A DNA stretch of 64,000 nt from Brotaphodocola sp. (GCA_051877535.1 JBJEIZ010000002.1:945-64944); one strand, 5' to 3'; positions 44,083 to 54,635 are shown, counted from the stretch's first letter. Numbers and translations: made by a program. Notes: generated from the letters alone by a model not told the origin.

Positions 44083-44104
44083 TTGTTAAACAAATACTTA
44101 ACAA
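44083..44104. promoter_or_regulatory. Operator-like palindrome TTGTTAA-N8-TTAACAA between the -10 box and the RBS
   Basis: Perfect 7-bp arms, 14 nt downstream of the TATAAT box. Confidence 0.45.
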
Positions 44105-44128
44105 ATAAGAAACAAGGAGGATTTATTA

Positions 44129-45313
44129 ATGAGTAAATTAACCAACGAAGAATTCCAGGCATACTTAAAACAGATTCGTGAGCTGGCTGAGGGACCGCTT
44201 GAGGAGATTCAGAAAGAGGTTGAAGTTACCAACAAATTCCCGCAGGAGTTTTACGATCTGGCAATCGAGAACAATCTGTATCGTTGCTCTCTTCCGGAAG
44301 AGTACGGCGGATGGGGCTTAAATGAACTTGAGATTCTTCAGGTACAGGAAGAGTTCTCCAGAGGACCGGGCGGAATGAGAATGCATTTGCACTATGCAAT
44401 GGATCTGAACTGGAGAATCCTGGATGACTACGGCAGCGATGAGCTGAAAGCAGAGTATATGCCGAAGTTCCAGAATAAAGAAGTATTCACCTGCTTCGCT
44501 TTGACTGAGGCAACCGGCGGTACCGGCGCTGACTTACATACCACTGCTGTGAAAGATGGAGACTGCTATGTACTGAACGGCGAAAAGACCCTGATCTCCC
44601 ACACAGACTGCTGTGAATTCGCTTATGTGATCGCTGTTACCAATCCGGCATCCGATAAGAACGACAGACTGTCTGCTTTCTTCGTACCGATGGATGCACC
44701 TGGATTCGAAGTAATCAACATGCCTCACATGATGGGCTGCCGCGGTGCAGGACATGGCGAACTGAAATTTACCAATTGCCGTATCGACAAGAAGTATCTG
44801 TTAGGTAAAGAAGGTCAGGGTCTCGAGATCGCAATGCACTCCCTGTCTGTATCCCGTGCACACATCGCAGCTTCCAACCTGGGCATGGCACAGAGAATGT
44901 TAGAGCTGTCTCTGAAATATGCAGCTGATCGTGTAACCTTCGGCAAACCGATCGGAACCCGTCAGGCAATCCGCTGCAAGATCGCTGATATGTCCATGAT
45001 GGTACATGCACTGCGCTGCATGGTTTATGATTTCGCAAAATCCTACATGGAGAACCCGACCGGCGAGTATATCGAAGAGAAGGCTGCTATGTGTAAGCTG
45101 TACAGCATTGACACCACCAGAAGAGTCAGCGATGAGATGCTTGAGATCTTCGGCGGCGTAGGCTACTTCGAAGACTGCAAGTACGGCCCGGTTGAGAGAC
45201 TGTATCGTGACTGCCGTGCAATGTGGTTAGAGGAAGGCGCTCCGACTGTTCAGAGAATTACCATTTCCAGAAACACCATTAAGCATGATGCAAAAATGGA
45301 GTATGTACTGTAA
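44129..45313 (+). CDS. Acyl-CoA dehydrogenase-family flavoprotein (divergent, 394 aa)
   Basis: ACAD fold: CFALTEATGGTGADL, GEKTLISH, catalytic-Glu region MWLEEGAPTVQR. Confidence 0.8.
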   Translation: MSKLTNEEFQAYLKQIRELAEGPLEEIQKEVEVTNKFPQEFYDLAIENNLYRCSLPEEYGGWGLNELEILQVQEEFSRGPGGMRMHLHYAMDLNWRILDDYGSDELKAEYMPKFQNKEVFTCFALTEATGGTGADLHTTAVKDGDCYVLNGEKTLISHTDCCEFAYVIAVTNPASDKNDRLSAFFVPMDAPGFEVINMPHMMGCRGAGHGELKFTNCRIDKKYLLGKEGQGLEIAMHSLSVSRAHIAASNLGMAQRMLELSLKYAADRVTFGKPIGTRQAIRCKIADMSMMVHALRCMVYDFAKSYMENPTGEYIEEKAAMCKLYSIDTTRRVSDEMLEIFGGVGYFEDCKYGPVERLYRDCRAMWLEEGAPTVQRITISRNTIKHDAKMEYVL

Positions 45314-45402
45314 TTTTATAGAAAGTTGACGAAGGGTCGCCGGGTTCTGTCGTTGGACCTGGTGACCCTTTCGAATATATGTTATCAGAAATAGATGGAG
45401 GA

Positions 45403-46635
45403 ATGACCGTGAAACCATTAGAAGGAGTAAAGGTTGTAGATTTAACCACTTATCTGGCTGCTCCCACCACAGTTCGTGTGCTTGGTGAATGGGGTGCTGA
45501 CTGTATCAAAATCGAATCTCATAAAGGAGATCCTGCAAGAACTCAGGGTGCGGTATTCAATATGCCGTTTACAGATGAGGAAAACCTTGCTTTCGATGTG
45601 GCAAACTTAAATAAGAGATTTATTACCCTGAATTTAAAGACGGAAAAAGGACTGGAGATATGCTACAAGCTTCTGGAAGAAGCAGATGTATTTGTTACCA
45701 ATAACCGGACCAAAGCGCTGGTAAAACTCGGTCTTGATTATGAAACCTTAAAAGAGAAATTCCCGAAACTGATCTTTGCACAGGTTCTTGGCTATGGAGA
45801 AAAGGGACCGGAGAAAGATACTGCAGGTTTTGATGTTACTTGCTATATGGCAAGAGGCGGTGTATTCGGAACTACCGTAAACCGCGGAGATGCCCCGATG
45901 ATCCCGACCAATGGATTTGGCGATTTCCAGGTAGCAATGGCACTGGCTTCCGGTATCTGTGCAGCTTTGTACCGCAGAGAGAAAACAGGTCTGGGCGATA
46001 AAGTTACCATCGGACTTCACCACGCAGCAGTTTATGCATTGAGTACCGGGCTGATTTCCGCACAGTATGGCAATCAGTATCCGAAGAGCAGAAAAGAAGT
46101 TCCGAACCCGTTCAATAACGTATTCCGTACGAAAGACGAGAAATGGGTTTGCATCTGCTGTCCGGAATATGACCGTGACTACACGAAGATGTTCACACTT
46201 CTGGGATGTCCGGAGATGCTTGAGAAAGATCAGTATAAACATTGCGCAGATGTCAACAACAATCATTTGAACAAAGAAGTGACAGATGTTCTGGATGCTG
46301 CAATCGCTAAAATCAACCGGGATGATCTGATGAAGATGCTGAAAGAAAATGATATGCCGTGTGAAGCAGCATATGAACCGCTTGATATTTACGAAGACGA
46401 GCAGGCATGGGCTAATGATGTACTGACGAAGATTCCTTATGCGTCAGGCGGAAAAATCATGCCGACCAACCCGGTTAATTTTGCATCTCTGGGCAAGCCG
46501 GAATATGTGATCGGCGGCAAACAGGGTGCACATACGATTGAGATCATGAAGCATCTGGGATACAGCGATGCAGAAATAGATGAGGCAATCGAATCCGGAG
46601 CTGCACAGGGAGCTGTCGGATTGAGACAACTGTGA
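45403..46635 (+). CDS. Family III CoA-transferase (CaiB/BaiF/Frc type)
   Basis: MTVKPLEGVKVVDLTTYLAAPTTVRVLGEWGADCIKIE...GDPAR. The start is taken at the ATG after GGAGGA. Confidence 0.85.
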   Translation: MTVKPLEGVKVVDLTTYLAAPTTVRVLGEWGADCIKIESHKGDPARTQGAVFNMPFTDEENLAFDVANLNKRFITLNLKTEKGLEICYKLLEEADVFVTNNRTKALVKLGLDYETLKEKFPKLIFAQVLGYGEKGPEKDTAGFDVTCYMARGGVFGTTVNRGDAPMIPTNGFGDFQVAMALASGICAALYRREKTGLGDKVTIGLHHAAVYALSTGLISAQYGNQYPKSRKEVPNPFNNVFRTKDEKWVCICCPEYDRDYTKMFTLLGCPEMLEKDQYKHCADVNNNHLNKEVTDVLDAAIAKINRDDLMKMLKENDMPCEAAYEPLDIYEDEQAWANDVLTKIPYASGGKIMPTNPVNFASLGKPEYVIGGKQGAHTIEIMKHLGYSDAEIDEAIESGAAQGAVGLRQL

Positions 46636-46663
46636 TTTCAGGAAAGGAACAGGTGAAAATAAC

Positions 46664-47806
46664 ATGAGCTTACTTTACACCGAAGAACAAAAAGCACTGA
46701 TCGCTCTGGTCAGGGAAATGGCAGAGAATGAGATCAAGCCTTATGTAAAAGAAGCAGACGAAAAGGGAGAATGCCCGAAAGAACTGTATAAATGGGGCTT
46801 TGATATGGGACTTCATATGTTGGAAATTCCGGAAGAATATGGCGGAACCGGATTGAGCTATGAAACAACAGCCATGATTTTCGAAGAACTGGCAAAAGTA
46901 GATGCCGGTTATGCAATCACATTTGTAACGAGTTTCGTAGCATTGCGCAACGTGATTCTGGCAGGAACCAAAGAGCAGGGACAGTATTTTGCAGATAAGG
47001 TTGCTCCCGGTAAATTCGCAGGTTTTGCTCTGACGGAGCCGAACGCAGGTTCCGACCCGGCAGGTATGCGTGCAACGGCAGTGAAGGATGGCGATGAGTA
47101 CATCCTAAACGGTACCAAGACCTTTATTACCAATGGTGCAATTTCCGATATATTTGTAGCATTTTTCAAGACCAGCCCGGAAAAAGGATCGAAAGGAATT
47201 TCGGCATTCATCGTAGACGCGGATACTCCTGGCGTGACCGTAGGAGCTCATGAAAACAAGATGGGTCTTCGTCTTTCCAATACGACCGACCTGATCTTTG
47301 AAAATGTACGTGTCAAAGCATCCGCAATGGTTGGACCGGAAGGTTCCGGTTTTAAACTGGCTCTGAATGCACTGAATCTTTCCCGCGCATTCGTGGCAAC
47401 TTTGGCAGTTGGTATCATGCAGCGTGCGCTGGATGAATCTGTGAAATATGCAAAAGAGAGAAAACAGTTTGGCAAGCCGATTATCAAATTCCAGATGGTA
47501 CAGGCTATGCTGGCGGATATGGCAATGAAGACAGAAGCCTGCAGATGTCTGGTAAACAACACCATGAAAATGATGGATGCAGGCATTATGGTTCAGAAAG
47601 AAGGTTCCATCTGTAAAGCGTTTGTTTCTGACTGCGCACAGGAAGTAACTTCCAACGCGGTTCAGGTCTTCGGCGGATACGGCTACAGCAAAGAGTATCC
47701 GGTAGAAAAACTGATGCGTGATGTCAAGGTATTCCAGATCTTTGAGGGTGCGAACCAGATTCAGAGAATGACCATTGCGGGCGTACTGGAGAAGGAATAT
47801 AAGTAA
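46664..47806 (+). CDS. Acyl-CoA dehydrogenase, butyryl-CoA-dehydrogenase-like (380 aa)
   Basis: GFALTEPNAGSD, GTKTFITNG, catalytic-Glu motif QIFEGANQIQR. Confidence 0.85.
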   Translation: MSLLYTEEQKALIALVREMAENEIKPYVKEADEKGECPKELYKWGFDMGLHMLEIPEEYGGTGLSYETTAMIFEELAKVDAGYAITFVTSFVALRNVILAGTKEQGQYFADKVAPGKFAGFALTEPNAGSDPAGMRATAVKDGDEYILNGTKTFITNGAISDIFVAFFKTSPEKGSKGISAFIVDADTPGVTVGAHENKMGLRLSNTTDLIFENVRVKASAMVGPEGSGFKLALNALNLSRAFVATLAVGIMQRALDESVKYAKERKQFGKPIIKFQMVQAMLADMAMKTEACRCLVNNTMKMMDAGIMVQKEGSICKAFVSDCAQEVTSNAVQVFGGYGYSKEYPVEKLMRDVKVFQIFEGANQIQRMTIAGVLEKEYK

Positions 47807-47834
47807 CGTAAGAATGCCAACAGGAGGAATGAAG

Positions 47835-48623
47835 ATGAATATCGTTGTTTGTATAAAACAGGTTCCTGATACCACTGAAATCAAGATCGATCCGGTAAAG
47901 AACACACTGATTCGTACCGGTGTTCCGAGTATCATGAACCCATTTGATAAAAATGCTCTGGAAACCGGCCTTCAGCTGAGAGATCAGTATGGCGGAAAAG
48001 TAACGGTAATTTCCATGGGACCGCCGCAGGCAAAGGCAGTGTTGCGAGAGGCACTGGCTATGGGTGCAGATGAGGCATATCTGGTTACGGACCGTGCATT
48101 CGGTGGTTCTGACACCTATGCAACCAGCTATATCTTGTCTCAGGCAATTAAAAAACTTGGCGCATATGATGTGATTCTGGGCGGCAAGCAGGCGATTGAC
48201 GGCGATACCGGTCAGACTGCCCCATCCATTGCAGAACATCTGAAAGCAACCCGCCTGACCTATGTGCTGGATCTGAAGGTGGATGGCGATAAGGTAATTG
48301 CAAGACGTCAGGTGGAAGAAGGCGTGGAAGTGATTGAGACGAAGTTCCCGGTACTCTGCACCGCAACAAAGGAGAGCAACAAGCCGAGATACGCAACCGT
48401 GAAAGGTGTGATCAGCTCTCTGAAAGCAGAAATCGGTGAGATCACGCTGGCTGATCTTCCGGATGCCGATATTTCCAAAATGGGTCTGAAAGGTTCACCG
48501 ACCAAGGTTAAGAAAACCTTTACTCCACAGAGAACTGCCAATTGTGTAAATATCGAAGGCAACAGCCCAATTGAGGTTGCAGATGCTCTGATCGGTAAAC
48601 TGGTTGACGCGAAAGTTCTGTAA
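47835..48623 (+). CDS. etfB: Electron transfer flavoprotein, beta subunit
   Basis: MNIVVCIKQVPDTTEIKID, GADEAYLVTD, GKQAIDGDTGQ. Confidence 0.9.
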   Translation: MNIVVCIKQVPDTTEIKIDPVKNTLIRTGVPSIMNPFDKNALETGLQLRDQYGGKVTVISMGPPQAKAVLREALAMGADEAYLVTDRAFGGSDTYATSYILSQAIKKLGAYDVILGGKQAIDGDTGQTAPSIAEHLKATRLTYVLDLKVDGDKVIARRQVEEGVEVIETKFPVLCTATKESNKPRYATVKGVISSLKAEIGEITLADLPDADISKMGLKGSPTKVKKTFTPQRTANCVNIEGNSPIEVADALIGKLVDAKVL

Positions 48624-48648
48624 GAAGGTCGAAGGAGGTCACGAAGAG

Positions 48649-49662
48649 ATGAGTTTTGAGACATGTAAAGACGTTTGGGTATTTATCGAGTGTTTCCAGG
48701 GAAAGCCGAAGAGTGTTGGCCTTGAACTTCTGGGACAGGGCCGCAAGCTTGCAGATGGACTGAAACAGAAACTGTGCGCGGTTGTTATCGGGAAAGATGT
48801 GGATGAAGCTGTGAAAGAAGCCGGTGCATACGGCGCAGAAAAGATTTATGTGGTAAAGGGCGATGAGTATGAGAACTACTCCGCTGATGGATATGGCAAT
48901 GTATTTTTAAAGCTTTGTGAGAAATATGATCCGAATACGATTCTGGTTGGCGCTACCGTTAACGGCAGAGATTTGGGTTCCAAGATTGCAGTCAGCCTGC
49001 GTACCGGTCTGACAGCAGACTGTACCGCACTGAGTGTGGAAGAGGATACCGGAAACGTTGTATGGGAGAGACCGGCATTTGGAGGCAACCTGTATGCACA
49101 GATCCTCTGCTCAGAGACAAGACCGCAGATGGGTACCTGCAGACCGGGTGCATTTAAGAAACCGGAGAGAAATCCGGATAACAAACCGGAGATTATCGCA
49201 GAAGAGATTCATACGCCGGCAGAAGAAATCCGGACAAAGGTTGTCGAATTTATCAAAGCATGTGAAGAAAACGATATAAGGCTGGATGAGGCGGATGTAA
49301 TCGTGTCCGGCGGACGCGGCATGAAGAATGCAGAGAATTTTGCAATCTTAAAAGAACTGGCTGATGTGCTTGGCGGAACAGTTGGATGTTCCCGCGCAGC
49401 GGTTGATGCAGGATGGATGCCGCAGACCAAGCAGGTGGGACAGACCGGTTCCACGGTATCCCCGAAAATTTACTTTGCATGTGCAATATCCGGTGCGGTT
49501 CAGCATGTAGCAGGCATGAGCGAGTCCGGAACCATTATTGCAATCAATAAAGATGAGACAGCACCGATTTTCGAGGTTGCTGATTATGGCATTGTAGGCG
49601 ATGTATTTGAAATCGTTCCTGCACTTGTGAAGGAGTTAAAGGCAAGACAGCAGAACGGTTGA
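48649..49662 (+). CDS. etfA: Electron transfer flavoprotein, alpha subunit
   Basis: [26 protein letters not shown]. Confidence 0.9.
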   Translation: MSFETCKDVWVFIECFQGKPKSVGLELLGQGRKLADGLKQKLCAVVIGKDVDEAVKEAGAYGAEKIYVVKGDEYENYSADGYGNVFLKLCEKYDPNTILVGATVNGRDLGSKIAVSLRTGLTADCTALSVEEDTGNVVWERPAFGGNLYAQILCSETRPQMGTCRPGAFKKPERNPDNKPEIIAEEIHTPAEEIRTKVVEFIKACEENDIRLDEADVIVSGGRGMKNAENFAILKELADVLGGTVGCSRAAVDAGWMPQTKQVGQTGSTVSPKIYFACAISGAVQHVAGMSESGTIIAINKDETAPIFEVADYGIVGDVFEIVPALVKELKARQQNG

Positions 49663-49684
49663 TGTTCCGATGGGAGGACGGATT

Positions 49685-51322
49685 ATGTTCGAAGAGATTA
49701 AAATTAATCCGGAATTAAGAGAGCAGTATCGTAAAAAAGGATACTGGACGGACCAGACCCTGTTGGACTGTTGGGAAGCAACCGTCGATCGGTTCCCGGA
49801 CCGGGAATATATCGTGGATGACCGGGGCTTCCGTTACACCTATCGGCAAATGGATGAGGCTGCCGCCAGAGTGGCAGCCTATCTCCTGGACATTGGCATT
49901 CGCCCGCGGGATGTGGTTTCCTACCAGTTACCGATCTGGAGTGAATTTGCCATGCTGACCATTGCCTGCTACAAGGCAGGAGCGACAGCCCATCCGATTG
50001 CCATGTCTTATGAGGAAAAAGAACTGATCCGGAGTATGAATGTAACGGAATCAAAGGTCTATTTCGGTCCGACCTTTTTCTATAAGACAGATTATGAAAA
50101 GCGGATTCTTGCAGTGAAGGATGAGATCCCGACTTTAAAAGGCATTGTTCTGGTGGATTATGCGAAGGAGCGGGAAAACGATCTTCCGGTTCTGCGGGAA
50201 ATTCTGGAAAAATACCAGCCGCTTGCGCGGGAATCCTGTGTACATGAACTGACCGGGCAGGATATTGCAGTGATTCTTTGTACCTCCGGAACTACAGGAG
50301 GAACCAAAGGCGTGCTTCTGACCCATGACAATGTCAGATATAGTGAAGATACGTTCAATCGGGAACTGAATCTGACCGAAGAGGATATCATGTTCATGCC
50401 GGCTCCGCTGCATCATGCTACAGGATTCCATCATGCGATTATTGCGCCGATGCTTCATGGTGCAAAAACGGTTCTTCAGCAGAAGTACTGCTGCAGAGAA
50501 GCCATTGAACTGATGAACCGGGAAAAGTGCACCTATTCCATGGGTGCGACTCCGTTCATTTATGATATTATCCGGGAACTGGATACGAATGGCGGAGGAA
50601 TTCCAACTTTGAAGTTCTATCTGTGCGGAGGTGCACCGGTACCGGGTTATATGGTGCAGCGTGCATGGAAATTTGGGATCCTGCTTTGTGAGGTGTATGG
50701 ATCTACCGAAAGTGTCCCCCATGTGTTTGTCCATCCGGAGGAAGCGCTGGCACTGGACGGAACAACATCCGGCAGACCGATTGCCGGAGTGGAAGTTCGA
50801 GTCGTTGATGATGACGGCAACGATGTCCCGATTGGAACACCGGGAGAGGAATTATCCAGGGGACCCAGTCTTTTTGTCGGATATTTAAAGGCAAGAGATA
50901 TTACGGACGGGGTACTGGATGATGACGGATGGTTCCACAGCGGCGATCTTTGTGTGATGGATGAAAAGGGCAATATCCGGATCATCGGACGCAAGAAAGA
51001 TATGATCGTGCGCGGAGGGGAAAACTTAAATTCCAATGAGATCAACGATGCACTGGAAGGGTGTCCGGGAATGGGAGATCATGCAATCATCGGTATGCCG
51101 GATGAACGCCTCGGAGAACGCATCTGCGCGTTTGCCGTTCTGAAACCCGGATATAAAAATCTATGTTTGGAAGATGTGGTGGCATATCTGAAAGAAAAAA
51201 ATGTTCCGAAACGATTCTGGCCGGAACGATTGGAACTGATTGACAGGATTCCGCATACCGGCAGCGGAAAAGTGAAGAAATATCTGCTGCTGGAAGAACT
51301 GAAAAAGCGAATGAAAGGGTGA
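49685..51322 (+). CDS. AMP-forming acyl-CoA ligase (ANL superfamily)
   Basis: LCTSGTTGGTKGV, YGSTE, GWFHSGDL, RKKDMIVRGGEN, and a C-terminal GKVKK. Confidence 0.85.
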   Translation: MFEEIKINPELREQYRKKGYWTDQTLLDCWEATVDRFPDREYIVDDRGFRYTYRQMDEAAARVAAYLLDIGIRPRDVVSYQLPIWSEFAMLTIACYKAGATAHPIAMSYEEKELIRSMNVTESKVYFGPTFFYKTDYEKRILAVKDEIPTLKGIVLVDYAKERENDLPVLREILEKYQPLARESCVHELTGQDIAVILCTSGTTGGTKGVLLTHDNVRYSEDTFNRELNLTEEDIMFMPAPLHHATGFHHAIIAPMLHGAKTVLQQKYCCREAIELMNREKCTYSMGATPFIYDIIRELDTNGGGIPTLKFYLCGGAPVPGYMVQRAWKFGILLCEVYGSTESVPHVFVHPEEALALDGTTSGRPIAGVEVRVVDDDGNDVPIGTPGEELSRGPSLFVGYLKARDITDGVLDDDGWFHSGDLCVMDEKGNIRIIGRKKDMIVRGGENLNSNEINDALEGCPGMGDHAIIGMPDERLGERICAFAVLKPGYKNLCLEDVVAYLKEKNVPKRFWPERLELIDRIPHTGSGKVKKYLLLEELKKRMKG

Positions 51323-51328
51323 TGCGGC

Positions 51329-51880
51329 ATGATCGAACAGAAATTCGGACCAAGAAGGTGCCGTGATACGAGAAAACCACGAGAGTCAGAATGTCCGGAT
51401 GTTGTATTTTACCGCTGCGAAAAATGTGGGGCATTATTTCCGGTGACCGGAGGACAGGATATGGAGAAAATTGAGATCCTGTGCTGCGGTCAAAAAGCCG
51501 GGCGCCTGATCCCTGCAGCAGCCGAACCTGCTGCAGACAGGATAACCGTTGCTTACCAGATTACCGGCGGCTACAATGACAATGCAGTACGGGTCAGCTG
51601 GAAGATGAATACACCTGGAGAACATCCGGACTGGATCTACTTAAAGACATTTACCGGAGGTTATCTGAAATACATCAGAGATACAAAGCGCTCTCCGATG
51701 GTATTTGCACTGGCTGATACCGATGCATTTGCCTATTGTGATGAAGATCCTTGTTTGGAATGTGTGTTTCGATGTAAGAGAGGATTTATCATTTATGTAT
51801 ATGAAAAACAGGCAGGTTTGATCGAGATTCCGTTGGATAAGATGAATGCCCAGTGGCAGTCAGGCGCGAAAAAACAGTAA
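51329..51880 (+). CDS. Desulfoferrodoxin-like protein with an intact N-terminal desulforedoxin-type CxxC...CC site and a degenerate SOR-like domain
   Basis: FYRCEKCGALFPVTGGQDMEKIEILCCGQ resembles the Dfx centre I pattern YKCxxCGN...GG..LVCCG. The C-terminal domain contains a single His (GEHPDWIYL) and no CxxH. Confidence 0.55.
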   Translation: MIEQKFGPRRCRDTRKPRESECPDVVFYRCEKCGALFPVTGGQDMEKIEILCCGQKAGRLIPAAAEPAADRITVAYQITGGYNDNAVRVSWKMNTPGEHPDWIYLKTFTGGYLKYIRDTKRSPMVFALADTDAFAYCDEDPCLECVFRCKRGFIIYVYEKQAGLIEIPLDKMNAQWQSGAKKQ

Positions 51881-51949
51881 GATAAAAATGTTTTTTTACC
51901 CTATTTGTTAAAAAAATAACAATAGGAAGATGAACACGGGGGTAATAAA

Positions 51950-53245
51950 GTGGGAAATTCAGTAAATAATTCAAATAACAAGGTAGACTGGAAGACTGTA
52001 TTGGTCTTTGTTTCGATTGCTTTCAGTTCTCAGTGCGGCGGAGGTTTTGCTTCGGGCTCAACGCCGTGGACTTATTTTTTCCGCAACACAGGTTTTTACG
52101 GAATGCTTCCGGTAGTCGCACAGCCGTATTTCTGTCTGGCTATGCCATTTGTGGTTGCGGCAATCAACTGTTTTATCATTTATTTCTTTATGAAGTTTGC
52201 AATGGACTTTAGAACGTTTGACTACAGTAACTTTCTGAAAAAATATGGCTCTCGATTCTGTGGAGGTATTTTTGCAAAACCGATGCAGTATATTTATGAA
52301 TTTAATTTTAACTGGCTGCTGATCGTATGTATGGCATTGGCTTATTCGACTTCCGGTTCTGCACTTCAGGAACTGACAGGTATTCCATATCTGGCATCGA
52401 CCTTTATTATTGGAGTCATTATGTTTGTACTTTGTATGAAAGGTACGGAACTGGTGCGTAAGAATGCGGTATTTATGAGTGCGGTGATCTTTATTGCACT
52501 GGTTGCTGTACACGTTCCGAATATCATTTTTAATGTAGCTTCCGGAAGACTTGCGGCGGAAATGGGTGTTATGAGTGAACTCCTGAATAACGATATCGCT
52601 GCAGGTGTGGGAAGCTATGTGAAGTATCTTCTGATTGCATTTTGCTGGGCTTATATTTTCTCCGGTCAGAATCTGGCAGGATTCGGTGCTTATGTCAATC
52701 ATGCACAGCTCTTTACCAATAAGAAAACGCTTCGCTGGGCAGTCGTTCTGTCTGTGATCGTAAACTGGGCGTTCCTGGAGATGAATGTTTTGAATCTGGC
52801 ATCCAATTATTCTGCAGTATATGACGGATGGTCCAGTGGAAAAGCGGTTTATACGATCCTTGTTGTTCAGAATGGAGTTGGTTCCGGTGCAATTAAGGCT
52901 GTGCTGCTGACTTTGATTACGATTGCGATTTTCTTCGCAACCATTTCCACTGCTATCAACTATGCGCAGGGCTTCAATGATCGTATCCTGAACTGGTATC
53001 AGAAATACAAGAACGAGGATCCGAAAGTTTCTGAGGAAAAGCGTAACAAACGAGGAGCAGTACTGACTCTGGCTTATGTTATTCTGACCTGGGCAGTGGC
53101 TCAGATGGGTCTGACCGCGCTTGTATCCAAAGGACTTACCTTTGCTTCCATCATTACGCTGTTTACGTTGATCTTCCCGACCATCATCAATGTGGTAATG
53201 ACCTGGCCGGACGCAGATTATGCGCAGTTAAAAAAAGAAAAATAA
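51950..53245 (+). CDS. Polytopic membrane protein, YkvI-like / APC-superfamily putative transporter
   Basis: 431 aa with about 11-12 TM segments. The N-terminal GGGFASG motif resembles the GAGFA(T/S)G motif of YkvI. The start is GTG. Confidence 0.5.
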   Translation: MGNSVNNSNNKVDWKTVLVFVSIAFSSQCGGGFASGSTPWTYFFRNTGFYGMLPVVAQPYFCLAMPFVVAAINCFIIYFFMKFAMDFRTFDYSNFLKKYGSRFCGGIFAKPMQYIYEFNFNWLLIVCMALAYSTSGSALQELTGIPYLASTFIIGVIMFVLCMKGTELVRKNAVFMSAVIFIALVAVHVPNIIFNVASGRLAAEMGVMSELLNNDIAAGVGSYVKYLLIAFCWAYIFSGQNLAGFGAYVNHAQLFTNKKTLRWAVVLSVIVNWAFLEMNVLNLASNYSAVYDGWSSGKAVYTILVVQNGVGSGAIKAVLLTLITIAIFFATISTAINYAQGFNDRILNWYQKYKNEDPKVSEEKRNKRGAVLTLAYVILTWAVAQMGLTALVSKGLTFASIITLFTLIFPTIINVVMTWPDADYAQLKKEK

Positions 53246-53262
53246 ATTAGGGGGAAATACAT

Positions 53263-54564
53263 ATGTTATCTGCAATTGGTTTGATTATTGCTGTTGCCCT
53301 GTTTATCCTCATGATCATCAAAGGTGTGGATATGGTAACATCAGCAGTTGTAACAGCAGCAATTATTCTGCTGACAAGCGGACTTGATTTCTGGGAAGGT
53401 CTTTTGACCACGTTCTCAGCCGGAGCCGGCAGCTTCTGTACTTCCTGGTTCATCATCCTGGCACTGGGCGGCATTTTTGGTGAACTGGTCAATCAGACCG
53501 GTCTGGCTACTAAAATCGCCAAATCCTTGTCTGCTGCATTGGGTGCAAAACGTGTAGGTCTGATCATGCTGATCTGTACCTTTTTCATTACCCTTCTGGG
53601 TATCAACGGCTATATCATGGTATTCGTACTGTATCCGATCGCAGACAGCCTGCTTCGCGAAAACAAGATGGATCGCCGTCTGCTTCCGTTTTTGATGATC
53701 TGCGGCGGTGCAAATGCAAACTGTTTTGCGTTTTCCATGGATATCTGTAATGTAATTCCGGCAAATTTCCTTGGTACATCCCTTGGTGTTGCACCGGGTC
53801 TGTCTCTGATCTTCTCAGCTATTACCTGTACCTGGTATGTGATCTACTTCAACTATGCACAGAAGAAGAGCATGGAAAAATACACCGAGGAAGAACTTCT
53901 TTCCATGTATCAGGATAACAATGTTGTGATATCGGACGATCAGCTTCCTGGGCTGGTTGTGTCTCTGTTACCGTTCGTACTGGTACTGGCAGTTGTAGTA
54001 GCTACAACCGGAATGGGCACCAGTGCCAGCCTGGCATGCGGTCTGTTAACCGGTGTGATCGTGATCCTGGCAACCCAGTTTAAGAAAGTTAAGGACTTGA
54101 AAGGCACACTGAAATCCGGCGGTATGTCCGGTTTAAGTACGATGCTTACAGTAGCAGCAGTTGTGGGTCTTTCCAAGGTGCTGACTGCGGCTCCTGCATT
54201 TACATCCGTACAGCAGTTTGTATTAAATATCTCTCTTCCGATCTATTTCAAGACCTGGATCGGTACTATGATCTGCGGCGCACTGACCGGTTCTGCGATT
54301 ACTGCAGAAACCCTGTTTCTGGAAAGTTTTGGTCAGGAGTTTCTGGCAGCAGGAGCGAATATCAGCGCACTGCACCGCATCTGTGGAGAGGCTGGTATTA
54401 CTTTGAACAAACTTCCGAATGCTTCTCCGGTTGTTATGGAAACTTCTGTATGTAAGTGTACGCTGGCAGAGAGTTACAAGCATGTGGTATTTGGTTCTAT
54501 TATTGCATGTATTTTTGCTGGATTTATTATTACCACAATGGCGACGATGGGATTTATTTTCTAA
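53263..54564 (+). CDS. GntP-family organic-anion permease
   Basis: 433 aa. GntP-like N-terminus (short TM1-TM2 hairpin, GGIFGELVNQTGLATKIAKSL) and overall topology. Confidence 0.65.
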   Translation: MLSAIGLIIAVALFILMIIKGVDMVTSAVVTAAIILLTSGLDFWEGLLTTFSAGAGSFCTSWFIILALGGIFGELVNQTGLATKIAKSLSAALGAKRVGLIMLICTFFITLLGINGYIMVFVLYPIADSLLRENKMDRRLLPFLMICGGANANCFAFSMDICNVIPANFLGTSLGVAPGLSLIFSAITCTWYVIYFNYAQKKSMEKYTEEELLSMYQDNNVVISDDQLPGLVVSLLPFVLVLAVVVATTGMGTSASLACGLLTGVIVILATQFKKVKDLKGTLKSGGMSGLSTMLTVAAVVGLSKVLTAAPAFTSVQQFVLNISLPIYFKTWIGTMICGALTGSAITAETLFLESFGQEFLAAGANISALHRICGEAGITLNKLPNASPVVMETSVCKCTLAESYKHVVFGSIIACIFAGFIITTMATMGFIF

Positions 54565-54601
54565 ATTGTTATCGTTGATTCATATATCAGACACAAAGCA
54601 G

Positions 54602-54635
54602 TCGAACCGATCCAAAAGGTCGGTTCGATATTTTT
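54602..54635 (+). terminator. Rho-independent terminator ending the acyl-CoA/transport operon
   Basis: TCGAACCGA-N9-TCGGTTCGA followed by TATTTTT. Confidence 0.8.

Noticed and set aside
45330-45372. Considered whether the intercistronic hairpin (AAGGGTCGCC...GGTGACCCTT) between the first ACAD and the CoA-transferase is a terminator splitting the cluster.
   Set aside because: No U-tract follows and the next gene has no promoter. It is more likely an mRNA stability or processing element within one operon.
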